DNA of 64,000 bases from the human T2T-CHM13v2.0 reference genome, Homo sapiens (GCF_009914755.1 NC_060936.1), one strand, 5' to 3'; positions 1 through 30,189 are shown, counted from the first letter of the stretch. The notes: a model not told the origin generated them from the sequence alone. Numbers and translations are program-made.

Positions 1-582
1 CGCGGCTCGCACCCCTTCCTGTCTCCGTCTGCCCACGGCGGGCGGCGGGCGCGCGGCGCCCAGACAAAAGCTCGGGCCGTCGGGCCCACGGGCCCCGGGA
101 GCGCTCCAGCCCCGAAGCCGAGGGTCCTGGCACAACTTTGCGAACGCAGAGGCAGGAGGTGCCGGCGCCCGCGGGGTCCGGGTGCTCCCGGGGCAGCCGG
201 CACGCGCGTGGGCCGCGGGCGAGGGCGCCGGGGGAGGGCGCGGCGCGCCCCGCGGCCGCCGGCAACTTGCCCCGGGCCGTGGCCGGCGCCCGGCAGGCCC
301 GCCCGACGGCGAGGCCCGGCGGCCCACATTGTCCCCGCGGTGCCCGATGGCCCCCAGTGCGCTCGCTCGGCCGCACACGCCCCCTGCCCGGGCCGGCTGC
401 GGGCCTGCCGCGCTCCTCTACGCCCCGCTCGGGCCCGGCCCCGGCCGCCCCGCCGGCAGCGGCAGCAAAACTTTCTCCTCATCGCGGCGGCGGCGGCGTC
501 GCGGCCGCCCTCGGCGCGTCAGACAGGCGGTCGGGAGGTCGTGCGGCGGGTCCCTCCCTCAGCCCCACCCCGGGCCGCCGAC

Positions 583-636
583 CTGGTCCGGCTCCGATTC
601 ATAGTCGTCGTCCTCGGCGCTCACGGACATGGCCAT
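583..636 (-). CDS. KDM2B: KDM2B-SF alternative first coding exon, MAMSVSAEDDDYESEPDQ (54 nt, phase 0)
   Basis: Minus strand GCC-ATG-GCC-ATG-TCC...GAC-CAG|GTCGGC. The peptide matches the N-terminus I recall for the short JmjC-less isoform. The phase-0 end matches the phase-0 end of the 28028-28114 exon it replaces. Confidence 0.88.
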
Positions 637-683
637 GGCTCATGGTGGGCCCAGGCTCGCGCGCGCTGACATGGCTGGAGCGG

Positions 684-754
684 CGCCGCCGCCGCCGCCC
701 GCCCGGAGCAGGCTCGGCTCGCCCTGGCTCGGGCTCGGGCTCGGGCTCGGGCTC
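684..754 (-). repeat. (GGC)5 and (CGAGCC)~5 short tandem repeats in the SF 5' leader
   Basis: cgccgccgccgccgcc at 684-699; ggctcg x4 + ggctc at 726-754. Confidence 0.85.
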
Positions 755-844
755 CCGCTGCCGCGAGGAGGGAGCCGCGCCGCGCGCCTCGCACGCCCGC
801 GCTGGAGGGGGCGGGGAGGGGCCGGCGGGGGAGGGCCGGGGCGC

Positions 845-858
845 CATGCATATGCATG
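845..858. promoter_or_regulatory. MORE-type palindromic POU/Oct dimer site (CATGCATATGCATG)
   Basis: Perfect 14-bp palindrome whose core ATGCATATGCAT is the MORE consensus; ~210 bp upstream of the SF ATG. Confidence 0.6.
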
Positions 859-2334
859 AGGCGAGCCAGGAAGGGGCTGGCCCCCCGGGCGGGCGGGCCA
901 ATGGCGCGGCCGCGGCGCTGGGGCCGCACACAAAGGGAGCCCGGCCTGCGGTGACACGGGGGCGGGCCGCCGAGGGCGGTCCCTCGCGGCCGGAGCGCGG
1001 GGACTGGGGCTGCGTGGGGGCGTGCCCCGCGCCCCGCCCGGCCCGGCCTGGCCCGCGCGCCGCGGGATGCACATGGGTGGCTGCACGCCGCCACCGCTGC
1101 AACAGGAAATGCGCGCCCGGCCTGGGGTGGGGTCCTTTGTGTGGTCCCGTGGGGCGTCTCGCGGAAGCCCGGGGGCGCCCGGGCCGTGGGGGACGACTCT
1201 GCACCCGACGCCAGGAGCGGGTCCCCAGGTCCCTTGCAGCAGGCACACGGGCTGCCGGGTTTGCACTCGCTGCAGGACCAGGACCTGAAGCGCACGAACC
1301 CGGGAACCCCCGACCCAGAGCCTGCAGGACCGCTGGCCTGGATAAGCTCTGAGAGCCCAGTCTCCCCCGACGCGGGCGGTTGGGCTGGGCCGGCCTCCTG
1401 GCGCTGCACCTCCGGCACTCGGGTTCGCCTTTGCAGGGTCAAGTAGTGCAGGCGGGAGTTCCACTCGAGTCGCCTGACGGGGGCTGTCAGAACGCCCTGA
1501 CTCTACCCTGAGGTGGGCGCCCCCTCCCTTGGACAGGTACCGCCTTCTGAGTTGACCTCCGAAAGGTGGAGGACGTCGCAGGCCAGAACCCAGCTCTCCT
1601 AGGAGACTGGCTGCCCCTTAGGCTGGCTGGGGAGGTGTGGGTTTCTGAATTCTTAAGCTGCAAAGGTTCCTAGTGCTCACTCCAGCTGCAGCCCACTCCT
1701 GAAGAAAAGTGTTGCTAGAAATCCAGATAGATCTTCATTCATTCAAAAAAAAAGTCTATCGGGCACTTAAGCCAGCAGCCTCTCTGAAAGAGCTCATGAC
1801 CATGAGCTAGAACGACCAAAGCTGTTATAAGCATCAAAACCAAAGCTAAACACAAGCTAAGGAGGACTTGGCATACATATCATCCACCTGTCCAAGGTAA
1901 CACTAAATATGCACACCTGTACCTGTTCAGTTTCTCCATCTATACAAGGGGAAGGATTTACCAAGGGATGGATAACCTTCTGTAAAAAGATCAGAGGCTT
2001 TCCCAAGAATAAGCCATGAAATCAGGTGATCAGCTCTGCAATGGCCATCTGTTAGTCACGTCCAGGCCACTGGCCACGAAATCCAGTGAGAACAGAAGGG
2101 ATGGGCAGGCTGGTCCTGGCCTGGCCTTTCAAAGAAGGCAGGCTGTGTGCCGGAGACCTTGTAAACAAAACTCAGGAGGCTTCTAGCAGAGTCGGCAAAA
2201 GTGAATAAGCAGGGATGTCAGTTTTACTGAGTGGATTTTAAAGTCTGAAATTTACACACCCACTATAGAAAAAATCCCAGTCGACTTGCTCTTTGCCGAA
2301 ACGTATCTGTTCTGAGTTTCCTTCCTTACTCTCC

Positions 2335-3536
<1,202 letters not shown>

Positions 3537-3959
3537 GGAGAGAGAGAGAGATGTCTGTAAGCAGGAATTCTTCTCAAAGGTTTTTCCCATTACCAATCAG
3601 GAGCAAAAGAATTATCTTGAGGTTGATTTCCTTTGAGGACTCTCAAAAGCTCACTTCTGAATTTAAGGAAGTAAAAAAACACAATTCTCAACTATCATGG
3701 CTCAAAGAGCGGAAAGGAAAAGTGCGGACAAACAAAAAAGTTGCCGCTAACACAAACTCCCTTCCTCCCTTTATATCATTTCAGAGATAGAAGGGGGTCT
3801 CTCCTGACCCCTTCACTTCACAGGTGAGGAAATGAAGGCCCAAAGAAAATTAGGGAGTGGCTTTCAAGACCAGAGTCTCTTATATAATACCATCCAGAGA
3901 AAGACCTCCCTCCAAGGGCCCAGGCAATAACAGCAGCTTTAAGCATGTTCAAAGGGCCA

Positions 3960-4100
3960 GACCAGTGGTAAGTCTGCTGTAGACATGATCTCACTTATTC
4001 CTTTAAACAGCCCCATAAGGTGGGTACTTGACAGATGAGGAGACTGAGGCGCATTGCCGCGAGGAAGGGAAAGGACCTGGATCTGACTCTGTAGGCAACT
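3960..4100 (-). mobile_element. MIR fragment
   Basis: TGACAGATGAGGAGACTGAGGC MIR core. Confidence 0.6.
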
Positions 4101-5294
4101 GGAGCCTGGGCTCTCAACTGCACCGCTCCAATGCTTCATGCCAGAGACGAGGAGGATGCCAAATGAGGCTGGTGACAAACTCAGGCTGAAGCAGAAGAAA
4201 ATTAAGTGTCCCTTACTACATGCTATTAATTCTGTATTCTCAGTTCAAATCCAATTCCAAGGTGGGTAGGTATGGTTTGGATAGCCAGGTTGCTGTCTGA
4301 TCTGGCAAGGGCCAACTGTGGAACCGGGAGGCCATGGTTAGGACATGATAACGTAGTGGGTTCCCTCCAAACACTAGGAAGGCCACTGTCCTGACACCTC
4401 TTACAAATTCCTCTTTTGACACTTGCAAAATGCTTCTTCTCTATTTCCCTAAAGCAAATTTCCTATAGTTAACTGGTGCACACAATTATCCAATATCTGT
4501 TTTGTATTAATAGTGTGCTGGACTATATATACAATACAAATTATGCCAGCCCTTGCCCAACAGAATTGCCAACTTAAAATTTAGCATGTACACTGTGCTT
4601 TTGGGTGGCCCTCCCTCCCTCCGTCTGACCTCATCTTCTAGCGACCCTAAAAACTGAATCCTCCCCCAATTCCACTGGGCCAAGCCTTAACTTATATTCT
4701 TAGAAAGAGGTCCCCAAAGCTGATGCCACCCAGCCAGTTGGATCCAGAACTTTCACCATGTGATGTGGAAATAAACAAAAACAGATGGAAGCCGAGTCCT
4801 CCTCCATCACAATTGTCACTCATGTCTCTGCTTTCTCTCTGGGTGTCGTGTACATTTCTGATCTGCCTATCAGAGAGTGAGAACCCAGAAATGACCCCTG
4901 GCTGCTAAGAGGTTTTGCCCAGACTCAGCCGTGTCAGGCAATGTGCAAAGGTGAAGGGAGGAGGGAAAACAGGAAGACGATGACACTTGGAGTTAGTCAC
5001 CAGCCTCTCCATGCCCACTTCTAGGAATGGGCATGGGGAGGGCAGACTGGGCAGCAGCTGTCCCCGTGGACTCTGGTTTACCTAAGCGGAGGGGCTCTCC
5101 AGCGTGAAACCCCTTTCCTTGTGCCCATGTCACAAAGGCCACAGCTAAAGCTTGGGAACATCATTTTCCAGAGGCTCAGGGCAGAGAAACAGAATGGATC
5201 CTTTTAATGTTGAGACCAATGACGGGCTGGTACCCTCCTGGACCAATGGGCATCATTTGTAAACATGCCCCTAAGAAGGGAACAGAAGTGACCC

Positions 5295-7645
<2,351 letters not shown>

Positions 7646-7658
7646 TTTAGGTTAGGTA

Positions 7659-7956
7659 CGGCCGGGCACGGTGGCTCACACCTGTAATCCCAGCACTTTG
7701 GGAGGCCGAGGTGGGCAGATCACGAGGTCGGGAGATCAAAACCATCCTGGTGAACACTGTGAAAACCCCGTCCCTACTAAAAAATACAAAAAAATTAGCT
7801 GGGCGCGGTAGCGGGTGCCTGTAGTCCCAGCTACTCAGGAGGCTGAGGCACGAGAATGGCGTGAACCCGGGGGGCAGAGCTTACAGTGAGCAGAGATCTC
7901 GCCACTGCACTACAGCCTGGGCAACAGAGCAAGACTCCATCTCAAAAAAATAAAAA
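7659..7956 (+). mobile_element. AluY-like element with target-site duplication (TTTAGGTTAGGTA)
   Basis: GATCACGAGGTC and GAATGGCGTGAACC diagnostics; flanking direct repeat. Confidence 0.88.
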
Positions 7957-7995
7957 TTTAGGTTAGGTAGATATTACCTCAACAAAAAGCATATA

Positions 7996-8606
7996 CAGTC
8001 ATGCTCTTGCAGAAAAACGTTTTGGTCAATGATTGTGGTCCCACAAGAATATAATACCATATTTTTACTGTACCTTTTCTATGCTTAGATACAAAAATAG
8101 CTGGGCATGGTGGCTCACGCCTGTAATGCCAGCACTTTGGAAGGCTGAGGTGGGCGAATTCCTTGAACACAGGAGTTGGAGACCAACCTGGCAACACGGC
8201 AAAACCCTATCTCTACAAAAAATACAAACATTAGCTGGGCGTGGTGGTGCACATCTGCAGTCCCAGCACCTGGGGAGGCCGAGGAAGGAGGATCTCTTGA
8301 GCCTGGGAGTTTGAGGCTGCATTGAGCCATGATCATGCCACTCACTGCTCTCCAGCCTGGGAGACAGAGCGAGACTCTGTCTCAAACAAACAGAAAACCA
8401 AAAATACCTACCATAGTGTTACAGTTGCCTACAGTATTCATACAGTAGCATGCTGTACAAGTTTGCAGCCCAGGAGCAACAGGCTTTACCATACAGCCCA
8501 GGTGTGTAGAGGGCTATATCATCTAGGTTTGTATAAGGACATTCTATGACGAAATTGCCTAATGATGCATTCTTCAGAATGTATCCCTGTCATTAAACTA
8601 CACATG

Positions 8607-8610
<4 letters not shown>
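7996..8610 (+). mobile_element. Tigger3a (MER7/Golem-type) DNA transposon interrupted by an AluJ (~8100-8400)
   Basis: TA|CAGTCATG...CATGACT termini. Internal TTTTTACTGTACCTTTTCTATG and CCTAATGATGCATT...CAGAATGTATCCC match the Tigger3a consensus as recalled. Confidence 0.8.

Positions 8611-8650
<40 letters not shown>
8611..8650. repeat. (TG)20 microsatellite
   Basis: Direct read. Confidence 0.98.
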
Positions 8651-8653
<3 letters not shown>

Positions 8654-9289
8654 TTCATCAGACATGTCTTCCCTAGGTTAGCTAATCTGGTCAAAAATGG
8701 ACACACAAAAAAACTATACCAAAACTTGGAGGCCAGGTGTGGAAGCTCATACCCGTAATGCCAACACTTTGGGAGGCTGAAGCAGGAGGATCACTTGAGC
8801 CCAGAGAGCTTGAGACCAGCCTGGGCAACACACTGAGACCCTGTCTTTACAAAAAATAGAAGAAAATTTAGCCAGGCAAGGTGGCATGCACTTTTAAGTC
8901 CCAGCTACTCAAGAGGCTGAGGTGTGAGGATCATTTGAGCCCAACAGGTTGCGGCTGCAGTGAGCCAAGATTGTGACTGCACTCAGTCACCCTGGGTGAC
9001 AGACAGGGACTCTGTCTCAAAAAACAAAACAAAAAAAACAGGCACAGTGGCTCATGACTGTAATCCTAGGACTTTGAGAGGCTAAGGCAGGAGGATTGCT
9101 TGAGCCCAAGAGTTTGAGACCAGCCTGGGCAACATGGCAAGACCCCATCTATAAAAAAAAATTTTTTTTAGAAAGAAAAACTTGGAGATGAGGAGAAGAC
9201 TAACCCCCCTGCCCCACAACCCCCACGTCTTTGAATAGATGTTATTTTCTCTCCAAGAGTTGGGGCATCTCCCTATGGCTCTATCATCA

Positions 9290-9715
<426 letters not shown>

Positions 9716-9733
9716 TCAAAAAAAAAAAAATTA

Positions 9734-9985
<252 letters not shown>

Positions 9986-10932
9986 TTAGAAACTATAGGC
10001 CCTAAACCCCGGGATGTGTTAAAACTAACTGAAACAAAGAGATAGTTCAATCACCTCTTAAATGAGCTGCTAACAGTCACTGTGGGGGTCTGATGGGCTC
10101 CGATGACACTTTAATTCCAATACATATGGCTTTTCTCTCCCTCCTTCCTTCCCTCCCTCCTCCCTTTCCCTGGCTGCTGCCATGGGCCTCTCTCTTCAGT
10201 TACCATTCTTGTTCTTCATTTCATGGATTTTCATAGATCCATCAAGACACTCAAAATAGAAAAAGCCTGACAAAATCTATTGTCACCATTTGAAATAGCC
10301 ATTAACCAACTCCTTACTTTGAAAATCAGCATTTAAAGGGCAAGAAGTGAAGCCCTCACACTGCTGGCTCAGGAGGAACTGTTTTTAGGGGTAGCCCCAG
10401 TTGACAAGGAAAAGCTCTGCCAAACAACGCCAGCTAATTCACACGGAATGACATTCTTCAAAGATCATTTTTCATCTCCTGATGAAACAATTTTTTTAAT
10501 TTGAATCTTGTAGAGACGGAGTCTCACTCTGTCACCCAGGCTGGAGTGCAGTGGTGCCAATGATAGCTGACTGCAGATTCTAACTCCAGGCCTCAAGCAA
10601 TCCCCCCATCTCATCCAACTAGCTGGGACTACAGGCACAAAGCCACCACACCAGGCTAATTTTTTTTATTTTTTGTGGAGGCATGGTCTCACCTTGGCTT
10701 CTAAAAATGGTACCTTCTAAAAAGGTATTGTAAAAATACCTTTCATTACAGGTATGAGCTACCATACCTGGCCTGGCCCCAGTTATTTTTATATATGTAT
10801 GTATATATGTATTTATTTTTTTAAGAGACAAAGTCTACTCTGTCACCTACGCTGGAGTGCAGTGGCACAATCACAGCCCACTACACCCTCCAACTCCTGA
10901 GCTCAAGGGATCCTCCCTCCTTAGCCTCCTGA

Positions 10933-11313
<381 letters not shown>

Positions 11314-11316
11314 TAA

Positions 11317-11466
<150 letters not shown>

Positions 11467-11604
11467 TAAATCTTTTTAAAAGTTCTGTAGAAACAGGTTC
11501 TCTCCATGTTGCCCAGGATGGTCAACAAATAACCCTCCCGCCTTGGCCTCCCCTCCCAAAGTGCTGGGATTACAGGAATGAGCCACTGCGTCCAGCTTCC
11601 AATA

Positions 11605-11988
<384 letters not shown>

Positions 11989-12294
11989 TAACCAGGATGG
12001 TCTCGATCTTCTGACCTCATGATCCACCCGCCTCGGCCTCCCAAAGTGCTGGGATTACAGGCGTGAGCCACTGCGCCCAGCTGACCCCAATTATTTATAC
12101 TGGGCTCAGGCTCTGTTTTTTTCTTTTTGAACACAGGGTCTCACTCTGTTGCCCAGGCTGGAAGGCAGTGGCACGATCTCGGCTCACTGCAATCTCCGTT
12201 GCCCAGGCTCAAGCAATCCTCCCACCTCAGCCTCCCAAGCAGCTGCGACTACAGGCACGTACCACCACAACCGGCTAATTTTTGTTTGTTTGTT

Positions 12295-12298
<4 letters not shown>

Positions 12299-12338
<40 letters not shown>
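12299..12338. repeat. (TG)~20 microsatellite grown in an Alu linker
   Basis: Direct read; sits in the middle A-rich region of a minus-strand Alu. Confidence 0.95.
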
Positions 12339-12342
<4 letters not shown>

Positions 12343-12705
12343 GTAGAGACAGAGTTTCGTCATGTTGCCTAGGCTGTTCTCAAGCTCCTGGGCTCAACTG
12401 ATCTTCCCGCCTTGGCCTCCCAAAGTACTGAGATTAAGGTTTGAGCCACGGCACTGGCCTCAGGCTGTGATCTTGAAGCTCAGGGGTAAAGGGAGTTCTC
12501 AATTTCTTTAATCTTTAAAATGGAAGTAATGAACTCCTATACCACAAGGAGGCGCTATAAATAAATTGGTAAACAGTGGAATGTCGGGTCTTTTTTTAAG
12601 AGATGGGGCTTGGCCGGGCGCGGTGGCTCAGGCCTGTAATCCCAGCACTTTGGGAGGCCAAGGCGGGCGGATCATGAGGTCAGAAGATCGAGACCATCCT
12701 GGCTA

Positions 12706-13376
<671 letters not shown>

Positions 13377-13883
13377 TAAAGAGACAGGGTCTTGCTGTTC
13401 TCACCCTGCCTAGAGTGCAATGGTGTGATCTTAGCTTAATGCAGCCTCTAACTCCTAGGCTCAAGCAGTCCTCTTGCCTCAGCCTCCCAAGTAGCTAGCA
13501 CTTCAGGTGTCGCCCACCACACCTGGCTCCTGATGACATTATTGATACAGGAAAAAATGATCAACAAGTGCTGAAACCATCCACAAATGTCCAGGGAGGC
13601 GGGCAAGGAGGGGGCCAAGGCACCACCACCCAGATTCTCTGGAGCAAGGAGAGAAGAATAACTGAATAATGGGATATCAGACTTCCATTGCCTTAACCAA
13701 TGATTATATTTACTTTAACCAAGACTTTAAAACTTATATCCAATTTACAGAAGTTGCAAGAACTAAAGAACAAGCTAAATGACACCACAAGACACACTTG
13801 GACAAATGCATAGAGTGGGATATTCTATGGGACATGTGGCTCTTTGTTTTCTACAAATCATGTCCTGAGAAAAGTCTGTATTA

Positions 13884-18648
<4,765 letters not shown>

Positions 18649-19059
18649 ACAAGGGAGTGCTGTGATGGGGTCTAAACTTCAGGAGGTTACTTTGACAGCT
18701 GGGAGACTAGAAGGGACTAAGCCTGGTGGCAAATGGGTGACACCAGTTTGAGGATGTTGAAAATCATTCTGTGATCGGGTTTCCAGAAAGAGGACACTAA
18801 CCCGAAGTCGCCCTGTAAATTCAACACCTAGGGGCCATCCCTGACACCTCCCCTCAAACCAGCAGTAGAAGCATCCGATTGTCCTATCAGTGCTGCCTCC
18901 CAAATATATCTGGGATCCAACCTCTTCGTTGCCACAGTCACTACGCTAAACTGATCCACTGTTATGAGACCTTCAGCAATAGCCTCCTTGATGGCCTCGC
19001 CCTCACCAACTGTCCCAACTTCACACTATTCTGTCTTCAAAAACTTTCCGTCGGGGGGC

Positions 19060-20941
<1,882 letters not shown>

Positions 20942-21242
20942 TCATCCTGGCCCTGCGGCTTCCATCGCAGCCTCCTCCCAGCATGTTGAGCTGCGCTCTT
21001 CCTCTTGGGGAGCTGCTCTCCCACAAGCCTTTCACCAGACCCGTCGTGCCCTCAGCACTGGACATCTGACACCCTTGGCCTTTGACACCCTCTCCTCCTA
21101 CCCTGACCCAGTAGAGAACCCCATGGTCTCAGTGGCCTCAAACCCCCAGGGGCACATTCTCAGGCAAACCATCACTCCCCTCCAAAGAGCCTAGGACTCC
21201 TCCCGTCTAGGAGGAGGAAGAGATAAAGGAGAAGCAGCTTCT

Positions 21243-23190
<1,948 letters not shown>

Positions 23191-23204
23191 AGCAGCTTTC
23201 AGAA

Positions 23205-23325
23205 AGTGCAGATCCCAGGCCCACCCCAAGCCTACTCAATGTGCTACGTCAAGTGCGGGGGCCAGGAAGCTGTATTTTTTCACAAGTCCCCCAGGTGAAG
23301 CTGATGCCACCAGCCTGGGGACTGG
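23205..23325. mobile_element. MER5-like hAT-Charlie fragment
   Basis: CAGATCCCAGGCCCACCCC...CTGTATTTTTTCACAAGTCCCCCAGGTGA..CTGATGC. Confidence 0.55.
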
Positions 23326-24958
23326 TCCTCATTACAGCACACGGCCTTCCTGGGAAATTACAGGACCCTGAGTAGGTGGCAATACACGACAGCCATTATT
23401 GCCAGCCTCCTCCGCCTCAACTGCACAGCATCAGCTTCATGACTGCGGGCCGACAGGACTGAGAGCGGGGCAGGGACCCGCCGGAAGCACTCGGGGCCTC
23501 TCTCACTGAATCACGTGCCTCTCCTTCAGGGAAAGGCTGTGTGTCACTCCGGAGGGACCCCAGACGGAGCAGGCCTCTGGGATGGAACGGACCAACTTCG
23601 GAGGAAAGGGGAGAGAGACAAAGCAGAAGCAAAGGTCACAAGGCATCGAGGGTGTGTTGCTTCCTCCTGTGGCTCCTGTGTGGCCCCAAAATGTCCCCGT
23701 AAGGAAGCTGATCCAACAGCTACTGATGAGGACTGTCTCCATGCCCCCATCAGGGTGCTTGTCCTCCACACTCCAGCCTCTCTGCTCCCATACTCCAGAA
23801 AAATTGCCAATAATTGAAATTCAAGTGGCAGCCTGGTTTGGCCACTAGAGATAATGGATGAAGAAGCTGGCAGGGTCCACAGGCTGGCTTGCTAGCCAGA
23901 GGCAGTCATGGCTGGGTCCTCCGTCCTTCCTCAGTTTCTTCCTCTGGGAATAAACCAGCAAGCCAGCCAGTAGCCATGTCTGGCAGCTGAGCCAGGGGTC
24001 AGCTCACTAATAAGGCTGAGGTCAGAGGCTGGGCCTCAAATAAGCTCCGTTCCTTCACCCAGCCTGTAAGGTCACAGACAGGCCCCCACCATCCTGCCCG
24101 TTGGTCATAAAAGGAAGCAGCCAGAGTGTAGACAGATCAAAACAAATCCTACACCACTCGTGGAAACAGCCAGTCGGGTGGATGGTGATAGATGGTGGCT
24201 CAGTAGCATCTTGGATATGAAGGACACCGCATCAGAAATGACCTCACAGCACCTAATCAGTTCCAGAAAAGGGCTTTGTTCTCCTGGAGGCAAGGTGGGA
24301 GATCAAAGCATTTCTTGCTAATCATCACTTAGCATTAATTACTTGTTAGGTAACCCGACCCAGATCAAATACCACTCCCTACCTCGCATCCTGAGGGCCT
24401 CAGTGAGCACCCTTGATCTTTCACCCCAACCTGCATCCAATGGGAGGAAGCTGCAACCTGGGAACCCAGAGACCCCGGGCAGCCCAGGCAGTCAGTCGTT
24501 TAGTTACTTCTTCCTTTCCTGTTAACTTTTTAACCCCACCAGCCAGGAAATGCATAAACATAGCAGGGGCCTCCCTCCCCACTCTCCCCGCCACATATCA
24601 CTGGTTCCTCACTGTGCAATGACAGAAACCTGCACATCTGGGGTCCAACGCCTTTCTTCTCCTAAGGAAGTGGCCCGAGAGGCACTGCTGCACCTCTCCG
24701 AGCTCTGTGCTTCCTCAACTGCACTGGGGCGATAACACCCTCCATCTCCCAGCCTCATGGGAAGGGTAAAGTCAAATAGACAAACTGCATCTGGAAGCTG
24801 CTGTGTATACTGGGGAGTGCCCAGGAGTTTCAGCTGAGCTGGTGGTCATTTATTTTCAGGGCTCGGTGGTGGACCTGGGGTATTCATTCTTCTTCTGCTT
24901 CACACCATTTTGTGGCTCTGAAGTTATTTACTTCCTTATTTTTAAAATATTTATTTAT

Positions 24959-27605
<2,647 letters not shown>

Positions 27606-27807
27606 GATTAGACATTTTTATGTTGAGCATCAACCAGTTTTACACACTGAGAAAAAGTTCCTTTCAAAAGAGGAGAAGACAGCCCATGAAGCAATTAAAG
27701 GAAAAGGGAAAAGGAAGGGAAGAAGCAAGGGAGTGAGGGAAGGAGAGACAGAAAATCCACCTAACCACAGGGAAAGGCGAGGTGTCAGCACCCCCCAGTT
27801 TTCCAAG

Positions 27808-27826
27808 TGACCACCAGGCGGCACTG
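27808..27826 (+). promoter_or_regulatory. CTCF-like motif (one core mismatch)
   Basis: TGACCACCAGGCGGCACTG vs core CCASYAGRKGGCRS. Confidence 0.4.
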
Positions 27827-27970
27827 TTCGCAGTTCCCACAGCTAGGTAAAGCAACCCCCTTTTAAAAACAAAAACATGGAACAAATCACCAAAATCCTT
27901 CATCTTAACTGCGGTGCCTTCATCTCAGGAGGCCCCATAGCTACCCAAAAAGTCGCGGCTGTTCACCCTA

Positions 27971-28138
<168 letters not shown>

Positions 28139-28441
28139 TTAGCCCAGGGGGAAGGGGAGGTCTCTGAAGACAGCTGAACAGCAGACATAGTCCAGCAAGG
28201 ATCACACTCCACAAAGTCAGCGCCTGGCCATTGACTCCACCACCACCCACACATTCAATAGAAACCAAGTCACTAGGGTCCCCTGGGGCCCACGAAACAC
28301 ACAACGTTCCCCTCTGCCCTCTACAAAATTTCTTTAACAAAGCAAATCACATACCTCCCTGTGACTTCCACGTATGTATCACCCATGATCACAGTTATGA
28401 CATCTAGCACTTGTCCAGAGCGTCGGGGACTCACACACAAA

Positions 28442-29100
<659 letters not shown>

Positions 29101-29977
29101 TAATGTTCACAAATTTAACTACGTACTCAGCGAAGCAAACAAAACCAACCTCCAGACCTTGATGCCTTCATAGAGCCATGACTCCGTCCTTTAGTCAGCT
29201 TGCTACATGTACCCTAACCCTGCTGTGTGACGACGTGTAAATGTTTTTTGCAACATGGGCCCTAAATACAAGAAGATGCTTGATCTGGTCTGACTGAGGA
29301 TGGAGTCACGTGGCCAAATTGTGGCAGAAAAATGGGCTGCGTTGGACGGACTGCCAGGCTGCTTGGCGATCTCCCACGAGGCACACTGTGTTCACTCTCG
29401 GTGAGCAGTTTGAAGGTTCTTCAAAGGGAATTCTCACTCTGCCAGACTTTGGCCTTGTGTGGCTGGACTTTAGAACATCATCCAGGTATAAAATGCTACC
29501 CAGCTGAATTATCTAACAGCTAACTTACAGGGGAGGTTACCAAGGCCCAGAAAGGCTCACAGGATTTTAGTGCTACCCCAAACTATGAAGACAGACCCCC
29601 AGAACCCCACTCTCTGGCACCAGACTTTCTGCCCCAGGACCACCCACATAGGGTTTTTTTTGGCTACATCCACACATCCACAGCACCCCACAAAAAAATG
29701 TGTTTAAGCACACACAGAACTATCACTGGCCCATTCTGATCCTGGACCACGGATTGTTGAATTGTACAAAAACATTTTTTCCGGACATTTAAGAACAGAG
29801 TAAATCATACAGAAGCACTGAGCAGGAAGAGCAGAAGCGCTCAGGAGACAAATGAAGGTGAAGATTATTTTAATTCACCTTTCCTAATTCACTTCACTAG
29901 AAATGACTCCAGCTTACTTCCAGTTTACTCTGCTCATTGTCCTTTTTTTTTTTTTTTTTTTTTGAGACAGGGTGTGA

Positions 29978-30091
<114 letters not shown>

Positions 30092-30189
30092 TAACACCAA
30101 GCCCAGCTAATTGTATTATTTGTACAGATGGGTTCTCACCATGTTGCACAGGCTGGTCTTGAATTTCTGGGCTCAAGCAAAACACCTGC

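Larger units (their letters stand above)
1..1520. promoter_or_regulatory. KDM2B: CpG island: internal promoter of the KDM2B short isoform (KDM2B-SF)
   Basis: Very high GC and CpG density, continuing off the window edge. GC boxes GGGCGG (~808, ~887-896, ~959), CCAAT at 898-902 and ETS-like CAGGAAAT ~1103-1110. Contains the SF first coding exon. Confidence 0.92.

Noticed and set aside
138-1464. Overlapping 140-404 aa ORFs on both strands
   Set aside because: Stop-poor GC-rich CpG island giving low-complexity A/R/G/P translations in all frames; only the 54-nt SF exon and the short uORFs are credible
27785-27800. TCAGCACC REST half-site
   Set aside because: Second half (GGACAG) absent
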